Shown piece after piece: positions 56,168 to 64,000 of a stretch of DNA of 64,000 bases. A model generated the notes under the pieces. It made no database searches. It worked only from the letters and a program-made list of their open reading frames with translations, and was not told where the DNA came from. How positions within the stretch are numbered: the stretch's first letter is position 1; each line of letters begins with the position of its first letter. A program made the translations under genes and the position numbers. The stretch is from Bacilli bacterium (GTDB lineage Bacteria > Bacillota_I > Bacilli_A > RF39 > UBA660), in NCBI GenBank assembly GCA_017511805.1, contig JAFWJA010000021.1, forward strand, positions 149,360 to 213,359. Reading direction: 5' to 3'.

Positions 56168-57977
56168 AGAAGAAAATAGACATGAACCTCCTAAACATAG
56201 AGGACCTATGGCAGTAGGTGAAAAAGCAAAAGATTTTAGAAAATCAATAATAAGATTATTTAAAGAATTAGGATCATTTAAAGTAATTATATTAGTTGCG
56301 ATAATACTATCTATATTTAGTTCAGTATTATCTATATATGCTCCTAATAAATTAGCAGATCTAGCTGATGAAATATCATTTGGTATATTTAATAAAATGA
56401 ATATGGATGCAGTCACAAGTATAGTTATATTCTTAAGTGTTCTATATATATTAAGTGCGTTATCTAATTATATACAAGCACTATGTATGGCAACTGTATC
56501 TAATAAGTTTGCTAGAAACCTAAGAAATTCTATTTCAGTTAAGATTAATAAATTACCATTAAAGTTCTTTGATAAAAAGAGAACTGGTGATACTTTATCA
56601 AGAGTAACAAATGATGTTGATACAATTGCTCAAAGTATGAACCAATCATTAAGTAGTTTAGTTAGTAATGTTGTGGTATTAATAGGTTCACTTATTATGA
56701 TGATTATTACTAATGTAGTACTTGCAGGAACAGCAGTTCTAGCATCAATGTTTGGTTTTATAGGTATGGCATTCATATTAAAAATATCACAAAAACACTT
56801 TAAAGCGAGACAAGTAGAACTAGGTAAACTAAATAGCCACATTGAAGAATCTTATTCAGGTTTAAATGTAGTTAAACTATATAATGGTAAAAAAGAATCT
56901 ATTGAAGAGTTTGAAAAACTAAATAAAAAAGTTAAGGAAGCTAACTTTAAGAGTCAATTCTTATCAGGTATAATGATGCCATTAATGAATTTTATTGGCA
57001 ACTTTGGATATGTTGCGGTATGTATAGTAGGAGCATTACTTGCAATAGATGGTAAGATATCACTAGGTGTTATAGTAGCATTCTTAACTTATGTTAGATT
57101 ATTTACAACACCATTATCTCAAATAGCACAAAGCTTTACTATGTTACAATCTTGTGCAGCAGCTTCTGAAAGAGTATTTGAATTCCTAGATGAAACTGAA
57201 ATGAATGATGAAAAAGAATTCACTAAGAAATTAGATAAAGATAAAGTAGTAGGTAATATAGAATTTGATAAAGTAGAATTTACTTATGATGGTAATGATA
57301 AACCTACTATTAAAAACTTTTCTGCAGTTGCTAAAAAAGGAGAAAAGGTTGCAATAGTTGGACCAACAGGAGCAGGTAAAACAACAATGGTTAACTTACT
57401 TATGAAGTTCTATGATATAAATAAAGGATCTATTAAAATAGATGGAGAAGATATAAGTGAATTAACTAGAGAAAACATACATGATTTATTTACTATGGTA
57501 CTTCAAGATACTTGGTTATTTGAGGGTACTATTAAAGAAAATATAATCTATAATCAAAAGAATGTTACTGATAAAGATGTAGTAGATGTATGTAAGAGAA
57601 TAGGACTAGATTATTTTATTAGAACTTTACCTAATGGATATGATTCAGAACTATCTGATAGTGATACATTATCTATTGGTCAAAAACAATTACTTACAAT
57701 AGCAAGAGCAATGCTTTCTAAAACACCTTTCTTAATACTAGATGAAGCAACATCTAATGTAGATACAAGAACAGAAGAATTAGTACAAAAAGCTATGGAC
57801 AAATTATCAAAAGATAAAACATCATTTATTATTGCTCATAGATTATCCACAATAAAAAATGCAGATTTAATACTAGTTATGAAAGATGGTAATATTATTG
57901 AACAAGGTAATCATAAAGAATTAATGAAGAAAAATGGTTTTTATTCAGAATTATATAATTCTCAGTTTGAGTTATAA
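56160..57977 (+). CDS. ABC exporter subunit B (TM + ATPase)
   Basis: GDTLSRVTND, GPTGAGKTT, LSIGQKQ, LILDEATSNVD, IAHRLSTI. Confidence 0.93.
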   Translation: MNKEENRHEPPKHRGPMAVGEKAKDFRKSIIRLFKELGSFKVIILVAIILSIFSSVLSIYAPNKLADLADEISFGIFNKMNMDAVTSIVIFLSVLYILSALSNYIQALCMATVSNKFARNLRNSISVKINKLPLKFFDKKRTGDTLSRVTNDVDTIAQSMNQSLSSLVSNVVVLIGSLIMMIITNVVLAGTAVLASMFGFIGMAFILKISQKHFKARQVELGKLNSHIEESYSGLNVVKLYNGKKESIEEFEKLNKKVKEANFKSQFLSGIMMPLMNFIGNFGYVAVCIVGALLAIDGKISLGVIVAFLTYVRLFTTPLSQIAQSFTMLQSCAAASERVFEFLDETEMNDEKEFTKKLDKDKVVGNIEFDKVEFTYDGNDKPTIKNFSAVAKKGEKVAIVGPTGAGKTTMVNLLMKFYDINKGSIKIDGEDISELTRENIHDLFTMVLQDTWLFEGTIKENIIYNQKNVTDKDVVDVCKRIGLDYFIRTLPNGYDSELSDSDTLSIGQKQLLTIARAMLSKTPFLILDEATSNVDTRTEELVQKAMDKLSKDKTSFIIAHRLSTIKNADLILVMKDGNIIEQGNHKELMKKNGFYSELYNSQFEL

Positions 57978-58037
57978 AACTTTACAAAATAAGAAATATA
58001 TGTATAATATATTTGCTTTTAAAAAGGGAGTGTTTTT

Positions 58038-58748
58038 ATGGCATTAAATAATATAATAACAAGATTAGAAGAAATTAAAGAAAGTAATCTTTTAGCTAGT
58101 AAAAAGAGAACTGAATTATATAGAAATATATTAGAATTAAGTAAAATAGTAATAAATGAAACGATGGTAAATAGTTATTTTTCTAAAGTTGTTTCTGAAT
58201 GTTTATCTAATTCTAATTTTAGTAAGTTTTCATTAGTGGTTTTAGAAGATGAAATAGATTATATATCTGATGCTGGGGATTCTTTTAGTATTTTTTATAA
58301 TGATAGTAAACAAGTTAATTATATTAAGTACCAATCTAATAACAATACATCTATTTCTTTAAAGAAACATAGTAATGTTATAGATATAACTGAGGAAGAT
58401 AGTAAATTACAAAATACTATAGTTACTAAGAAACGTCATTATAAATTAGGTGAAGAATGTTCTATCAGATCAATTAGTAAAAGTGTTACTTTAATAGATG
58501 ATAATAAAGAAACAAATGTTAAAGAAACATATTCATATGAAGAAAGTAATAAACTTGTTTCAAAGACAATTAGTTCTTCTTATAAAGAAAATGGATTTAC
58601 TTTTATGAGAGAAAACTATAGTAGAATACTTGATGATGATGAAGTTAGTTATACTAAAAGTGATATAGAAATAATTAAGGCTAATAATGATAAAGAAAGA
58701 ATAATGAATAGCCAATCAACTGTTAAAAAATTGATGCTATTAATATAG
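58038..58748 (+). CDS. Hypothetical protein
   Basis: 236-aa ORF, AGGGAG RBS. Confidence 0.7.
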   Translation: MALNNIITRLEEIKESNLLASKKRTELYRNILELSKIVINETMVNSYFSKVVSECLSNSNFSKFSLVVLEDEIDYISDAGDSFSIFYNDSKQVNYIKYQSNNNTSISLKKHSNVIDITEEDSKLQNTIVTKKRHYKLGEECSIRSISKSVTLIDDNKETNVKETYSYEESNKLVSKTISSSYKENGFTFMRENYSRILDDDEVSYTKSDIEIIKANNDKERIMNSQSTVKKLMLLI

Positions 58749-58757
58749 GGGGAAAAA

Positions 58758-59174
58758 ATGGAATATAGTATATTAGATAAACCTGAACAAAATAACAGGG
58801 ATATAAGAGTATACACTATTTTAGGTAAAGAATCTATCGTAGGATTATATTTACAAGAATGTATTAGATTCTTTTATAAACCAATTACAGATTTCATTAA
58901 AGATAGAGATATGAAAAGATTTATTAATGCTAATAGTTATGAATTCGATATTAAAAACGGGTCTATCTTATCATTAAAAGGAAATCCTGGTTTAAATAAA
59001 TTTGAATTTGAATCTGGTATTTATGTAGTATATACTCCTAAATATTTTGATGTTGTATCTAAAAATAAATTAAATGAATATATGGAAAATGAAGATTATG
59101 GTTTTAGATATGACGATAGAAAGAAAAAAGTTAAGAGTTTAACTTTGACAAGAGATGAAAAAGAGATTGAATAA
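58758..59174 (+). CDS. Hypothetical protein
   Basis: AGGGGG RBS, 138 aa. Confidence 0.7.
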   Translation: MEYSILDKPEQNNRDIRVYTILGKESIVGLYLQECIRFFYKPITDFIKDRDMKRFINANSYEFDIKNGSILSLKGNPGLNKFEFESGIYVVYTPKYFDVVSKNKLNEYMENEDYGFRYDDRKKKVKSLTLTRDEKEIE

Positions 59175-59211
59175 TTTTCAATCTTTTTTTATAATTATAT
59201 TAGGTGATACT

Positions 59212-60423
59212 ATGATACATTTATATAAAAAAGTAGAAAAAACTAGAGAAAATCCATTTGGAGTTATAGAAATAACTAAACCAGAAGAATTAACTAAACC
59301 ATTTTTACTTTGTATATCAGCTCAAGATAGCGTAGATAAATCTGTTTATGGAATTATTAAAGAAGGAGCACAGGCTGCTAGAGTATATACTACAGAAGAA
59401 GATGCATTAGGTTATAAAATAGATGAATTTCCAATAGATTTTTTAGGAATAGATTATAAAAAAGAAAAAGAAGAAGATGAAAAATATAAAGAACTAGTTG
59501 ATCAATATATTTTTCCTATAATACTATCTAATGGTGGAAGAAATATAGATATAGCAATTAGAAATGCTAGAAAGATTAATGTAATGACTTATTGTGATGG
59601 AACAAAAGTATTTGTAGAGATGGAAAAGTATTTAAAACAAAGACTTAGTTCAATAGGTTATAGTGAAGAAGATATAAAAAGAATAGTATCAAATATATCA
59701 TTAGTAGCAATAGGTACTATGGTAGATACAAGTGAACTTGATTCTACAACAGTTAGATTTATAGATATTAATGATGATGAAATTATGGATGAAAATACTG
59801 ATAGATATCATGAAGTACTAGATGAAAAAGAATATAATAGTTATTTTGAAAAAAAGAATAATAGTACTACTTTTTTCTTTAGAGGAACGGGTGAACATAG
59901 ATTAAAAGAATACTTAGAAGGTGAATCTTCAGTAAAACCAGTTCTATGTTCTATAGTGGCATACTTTTTACAAAAATCATATAAGAATACAATAGAACCA
60001 GGTGTTACTATATCACCAGAAGAAGTAGTTGGAGAAATGGATAAATATTCTAGTGATTTATTTAAACCAGAAAAAATGTTAGAGTTAGTTGAATCTAGAA
60101 TTAGTTATGGAGATGCTCCTAAATATACTGAATCTGAATTAAAATTAAGAAAAGATTTAGATACATCTTTAAGAGAATTAGCTATTACAAAGAGTGAATT
60201 AGAAAGAAAGACTAAAGAAAAAGATGTATTTGAATCAAAAGTAAGGGGTCTTGTTGAACAAATAAGAGAATGTAGTAGTGAAACAACTTTTTATCAAATA
60301 ATGGGTAATTTAAAGATGTGGAATACACCAGCTGGTTTTAATAGTGATCAACCAACTGATAAAGAAATAAGAGCAGCATATGAAGAAATGATAAAGCAAG
60401 AAAAAAGTGTTTCAAAATTTTAA
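59212..60423 (+). CDS. Hypothetical protein, possible alpha/beta-hydrolase-like fold plus coiled coil
   Basis: AGGTG RBS before ATG 59212; INVMTYCDGT and GEHRL segments. Confidence 0.7.
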   Translation: MIHLYKKVEKTRENPFGVIEITKPEELTKPFLLCISAQDSVDKSVYGIIKEGAQAARVYTTEEDALGYKIDEFPIDFLGIDYKKEKEEDEKYKELVDQYIFPIILSNGGRNIDIAIRNARKINVMTYCDGTKVFVEMEKYLKQRLSSIGYSEEDIKRIVSNISLVAIGTMVDTSELDSTTVRFIDINDDEIMDENTDRYHEVLDEKEYNSYFEKKNNSTTFFFRGTGEHRLKEYLEGESSVKPVLCSIVAYFLQKSYKNTIEPGVTISPEEVVGEMDKYSSDLFKPEKMLELVESRISYGDAPKYTESELKLRKDLDTSLRELAITKSELERKTKEKDVFESKVRGLVEQIRECSSETTFYQIMGNLKMWNTPAGFNSDQPTDKEIRAAYEEMIKQEKSVSKF

Positions 60424-60465
60424 AAAAGGTGTTATACTTTAAATAGATGATAAGGGAGTGATTAT

Positions 60466-62232
60466 ATGAAGAAAAGAATATTAGTTTTTGCTATATTAAT
60501 GGCTCTATTAATACCATTTGGTGTTGCTAAAGCAGATCCTGTTAATTTTCTTAGTAATGTTAATAATTATGAGTCTACAGGTACTATTATTAATGAAGAA
60601 ATGCCTGGCGATTTAGATAACTATGTGGCTGGAAAGAAAAGTGATTTTGAACAAGCATTAACAAATGCTGGAGTAGACAAAACTAAAGAAGGAAATATTG
60701 ATTATAATACTTTATTTGGAGAATATGATGGAGGTTCAGGATATACTCATCAGTATGCAGTTGTAAATAATATTACATCAGAGTATGCTATGATAGAAGG
60801 AAATCTTACTAGAATATACACTGTTAATTATGATAGATTTCTTTTAAAGGCAAGTACTAAAGGACATATTATTCGTAATTCTAGAGTAGTTGATTATACC
60901 GTTGTAGAAGGTATATTAACTATATCTGGAACTGATAGTTATATTAGAAATTATGCTAGTGCAGAAAAAGATAATGATGGAAGATATATTGAAAATCAAT
61001 ATTTTGAAGGAGATAAAGATGCACCAGCAGTACAAGCTAAAATTCAAGAAATAAAAGATGATATGGATACAGTAGCAGCTAGTTATTATACTACTGTAAG
61101 TTCTAAAGCTGCTGGTTATGTAGATGAATATTATTTTAATGCACATGATGAGTTTTCTTCTGAAGGAACTTGTCCTACACCATTAACAAATAATGTTAGT
61201 GGTTATCCAGATTGTACATTAACAATTACAACTGTTCTTGAAAAATTTAGAGTATATAAAGTGACTGGAAGTGCTACTACTAAAAATATTAGTACTATTG
61301 ATATTACTCTGGATAAACCAGTAGCTGGTACAACAGTAAATAAAATAGAAGATACATCTGTTGTATGCTTAGATCCAAATGGATGTTATACACAAGATAA
61401 TTTACCAACAGTTTCTACTACTGAAACAAATGTTACATTAATGGCACTTTTTGTTAATGCAGCTAATTTTGTAACTGATCATTATGAATATGATATGTTT
61501 GAAGGTGAAATAGGTAGAGATAATGATGTTAGAGTATATATTTCATTATCTACTAAAAATGGTTATAAAATTAAGAATGATGCAGTTATTACAGTAAATG
61601 GAGAAGAACCAGAAACAGTATTCCCTGTAATAGAGAATAATCAAGTAGTTGGTTTAGTAGCTACAATAAAACCACAAGTAAAAACAACTAGATATACATT
61701 AGAAGATGACTATGGTAACACAATATCATTTATAGAGGATGAAGGAATAGTATTTGCATTCTCTACAACAGATTTTAATCTATTAACAGATGAAGAATTA
61801 GAAGCAGCAGGAGCAACTAGAGAACAATTAGAAGAATTATTAAATAGTATACAAGAAGCAGTAAAAGATTATGGTACATTAATAACAGCATACCAATTTC
61901 AAATATCAGATGGGAATGCTGGTATAAGTCAAGCACAAAGTAAATTTAAAATAAGAATTAAAATGACTGAAGAAATGAAAAAATATAATAAATTCTATAT
62001 TACTTATGTAGATGATCAAAACAATATAGAAACTCCTATTGAATTAACAGTTAATGGTGATTATTTAGAAGGTGAGTTAAATCACTTAAGTGGATATGCA
62101 TTAACTGGTCAAATTGTAGAACAAGAAACTAGTCCAAATACTGGAGATGAAATAACTAAATTTATTAGTTTATTTGCTATAAGTGTTATAGGATTAAGTC
62201 TAGTATTTATAAATAAGAAAAAATTTAATTAA
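60466..62232 (+). CDS. Cell-surface protein with signal peptide and sortase-type anchor
   Basis: N-terminal signal (..AKA), NHLSGYAL, SPNTGD + TM + KKK. Confidence 0.85.
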   Translation: MKKRILVFAILMALLIPFGVAKADPVNFLSNVNNYESTGTIINEEMPGDLDNYVAGKKSDFEQALTNAGVDKTKEGNIDYNTLFGEYDGGSGYTHQYAVVNNITSEYAMIEGNLTRIYTVNYDRFLLKASTKGHIIRNSRVVDYTVVEGILTISGTDSYIRNYASAEKDNDGRYIENQYFEGDKDAPAVQAKIQEIKDDMDTVAASYYTTVSSKAAGYVDEYYFNAHDEFSSEGTCPTPLTNNVSGYPDCTLTITTVLEKFRVYKVTGSATTKNISTIDITLDKPVAGTTVNKIEDTSVVCLDPNGCYTQDNLPTVSTTETNVTLMALFVNAANFVTDHYEYDMFEGEIGRDNDVRVYISLSTKNGYKIKNDAVITVNGEEPETVFPVIENNQVVGLVATIKPQVKTTRYTLEDDYGNTISFIEDEGIVFAFSTTDFNLLTDEELEAAGATREQLEELLNSIQEAVKDYGTLITAYQFQISDGNAGISQAQSKFKIRIKMTEEMKKYNKFYITYVDDQNNIETPIELTVNGDYLEGELNHLSGYALTGQIVEQETSPNTGDEITKFISLFAISVIGLSLVFINKKKFN

Positions 62233-62254
62233 ACCGAGAATTATCTCGGTTTTT
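62231..62254 (+). terminator. Intrinsic terminator
   Basis: aaaccgaga-atta-tctcggttttt. Confidence 0.8.
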
Positions 62255-62284
62255 ATGTTATTATAATTATATGGAGATGATATT

Positions 62285-62677
62285 GTGGAAGAAGTACAAA
62301 AGTTTTTAAAAGAAGCAGGTGTATATTTTATAGCAACAGTAGATGGGGATAAACCAAAAGTTAGACCATTTGGTACTGCAGAAATATTTGAAGGACATTT
62401 GTATATCCAAACAGGTAAAAAGAAAGATGTATTTAAACAAATAGAAAAGAATAATAATGTTGAAATATGTGCATTTAAAGATGGAAGATGGATTAGAGTA
62501 TCAGGTAAACTATTAGTAGATGATAGAGTAGAGGCTAAAAAAGATATGCTTGATAAAAATCCAGAGTTAAGAAGTATGTATGATGAAAATGATGCTAATA
62601 CAGCAGCTTTATATTTTGAATCAGGAAAAGCAGTAATTGCGTCATTTACAGAAGAACCAAAGGTAATAGAGTTTTAG
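62285..62677 (+). CDS. Pyridoxamine 5'-phosphate oxidase-like (NimC/NimA family) protein
   Basis: YFIATVDGDKPKVRPFG...YIQTGKKKDVFKQI..NNNVEIC...WIRV. Confidence 0.85.
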   Translation: MEEVQKFLKEAGVYFIATVDGDKPKVRPFGTAEIFEGHLYIQTGKKKDVFKQIEKNNNVEICAFKDGRWIRVSGKLLVDDRVEAKKDMLDKNPELRSMYDENDANTAALYFESGKAVIASFTEEPKVIEF

Positions 62678-62686
62678 GAGATAAAA

Positions 62687-63559
62687 ATGGAAAAATATAC
62701 AGGAAGACAAATAGCAATTTTTTCAGATGTTCATGCCTTATTAGAACCATTAGTAGCTATACTAGAGGATATTAAAAGAAGGGGAATTACTGAAATATAT
62801 TCTTTAGGTGATGATATAGGATTAGGTCCAAATCCTAGAGAAGTGCTATATTTACTAGAAGAATATGGAGTTAAAAGTATAAGAGGTAATGGTGAAGATT
62901 ATTCTTTATTAGGAGTAGAACCTTTTTCTACATATGTACGTGGAAGAAAAATAGAAAATATCAAATGGACTAGAGCTCAATTAACTCCTGAACAAGTAAG
63001 TAAGTTAATGGCTAATAAACATAGTTATGATTTAGTTGTAGGTGGAGAAATAATAGGATTATGTCATTTTGCTAATGACGTTAGAATTGATTTTAGAGGA
63101 AGAGATACATATAGTTTTCAAAGATCAATTAATAATAATTATAAAAATCCACTAAAACAATTTGAATATACTAATAGTCCTGAACAACTAGAAAAAATTC
63201 ATAGTAGAATAAGTGATTTACCAGAGGATAGAGGTTTTGTATCTGCAAATAATGAACCATTATTTGGTGGAAAAAAAGCTGATTTTTATGATGAGATTAT
63301 TCAAGGACATGTTCATTTTAAATTACTTACAGAGAATGAAAGAATGAAAATAAGAACAATAAGAGCGGCAGCAATGGCTTTTGGTGAAGATGAACCAGTA
63401 GATTTTGCATCTTATATAATAATTAAAGAAAAAGTAAAGGGTTATGATGTAGAGGAAGTATTAGTACAATTTGATAGAGAAAAAATGATGAGCAGTATTG
63501 AAGATACTGATCTTCCTTTTAAAGATAAAATAACTAAATTTGTATCGAAAAAAAAGTAG
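62687..63559 (+). CDS. Calcineurin-like metallophosphoesterase
   Basis: FSDVHA, LGDDIG, RGNGED, CHF, GHVH. Confidence 0.85.
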   Translation: MEKYTGRQIAIFSDVHALLEPLVAILEDIKRRGITEIYSLGDDIGLGPNPREVLYLLEEYGVKSIRGNGEDYSLLGVEPFSTYVRGRKIENIKWTRAQLTPEQVSKLMANKHSYDLVVGGEIIGLCHFANDVRIDFRGRDTYSFQRSINNNYKNPLKQFEYTNSPEQLEKIHSRISDLPEDRGFVSANNEPLFGGKKADFYDEIIQGHVHFKLLTENERMKIRTIRAAAMAFGEDEPVDFASYIIIKEKVKGYDVEEVLVQFDREKMMSSIEDTDLPFKDKITKFVSKKK

Positions 63560-63567
63560 GAGGTATT

Positions 63568-63612
63568 ATGAAAAAGAAATTATTACTTAGTGTATTTGTT
63601 ATTTTGTTATAA
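63568..63612 (+). pseudogene. Signal-peptide-only gene remnant or micropeptide (MKKKLLLSVFVILL)
   Basis: AGGAGG RBS, 14 codons, immediately followed by a terminator hairpin (about 63613-63646). Confidence 0.4.
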
Positions 63613-63696
63613 AATAAGCAATAATTCAAAAATTGTTGCTTTTTATTTGATTTTAATGATATAATGAATTGGTCTTTTAAAAAAAGGGGGATTTTT

Positions 63697-64000
63697 ATGT
63701 CCAATTTAGATGAAAATATATTAAAACAAAATCCATATTTTTTATTCTATGAAATGATGGTATATGCCTTAAAAACAGATGATGTTGTTGATGGTATGAA
63801 TAAATCATTATATCTATTAAAACTATGTATTAAATGTGGAGATATAGTATTACATAAAAAAGAGAATGGTATGTATATTCATTCTATAAGTCAAACAGGT
63901 ATGCAACATCAAATACCTCCAATATCTTGTATAGTTAATAAAACAGCTCCATTAATAGAGTCAAAAGATACATTTTATTTAGAATTAGGTTTATCAGATA
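63697..64000 (+). CDS. Hypothetical protein, truncated by window end
   Basis: TGATATAAT promoter, AAGGGGG RBS, open frame MSNLDENILKQNPYFLFYE... to the edge. Confidence 0.7.
   Translation, partial: MSNLDENILKQNPYFLFYEMMVYALKTDDVVDGMNKSLYLLKLCIKCGDIVLHKKENGMYIHSISQTGMQHQIPPISCIVNKTAPLIESKDTFYLELGLSD

Noticed and set aside
12654-61146. Remaining short ORF-track entries overlapping assigned genes (e.g. 12654, 17465, 21778, 23036, 26697, 28447, 32226, 33914, 34144, 37863, 39463, 42501, 44175, 48528, 51248, 54385, 55676, 56153, 56630, 60916)
   Set aside because: Antisense overlaps of well-supported genes with no independent RBS or motif support.

Overview
Very AT-rich, gene-dense chromosomal segment (TGA read as stop) from a low-GC, spore-gene-carrying Bacillota genome. 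Gene content and style suggest an uncultured reduced-genome Bacilli lineage such as RF39, which is an inference. The housekeeping backbone is spoIVA (partial), hup, cca, dnaD, dapF, addB/addA-like, gltX, tRNA-Cys, tRNA-Gly, guaD, cotJB/cotJC, dinB, tex, hisS, metG, proS and a heterodimeric ABC exporter. Many single-gene orphan units with their own promoter and terminator are interleaved. I found three T-box leaders (Glu, Met, Pro) but no CRISPR array, rRNA, transposase or integrase. The most notable observations are: (1) a 2,435-aa protein joining an ADP-ribosyltransferase-like N-terminus, an SF2 helicase and about 1,000 aa of aromatic/Gly/Asp repeats, followed by a small acidic ORF; (2) an unannotated His-rich leader peptide with attenuator helices upstream of a PRTase-like (frameshifted at CCC-C) / LOG-like / hisS operon; (3) a truncated RelA/SpoT homolog with a degenerate synthetase behind its own leader ORF and terminator, next to a NUDIX-ITPase-NUDIX-HD cluster; (4) similar basic-then-hydrophobic C-terminal tails on unrelated orphan proteins. 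All calls were made by eye, without database searches.
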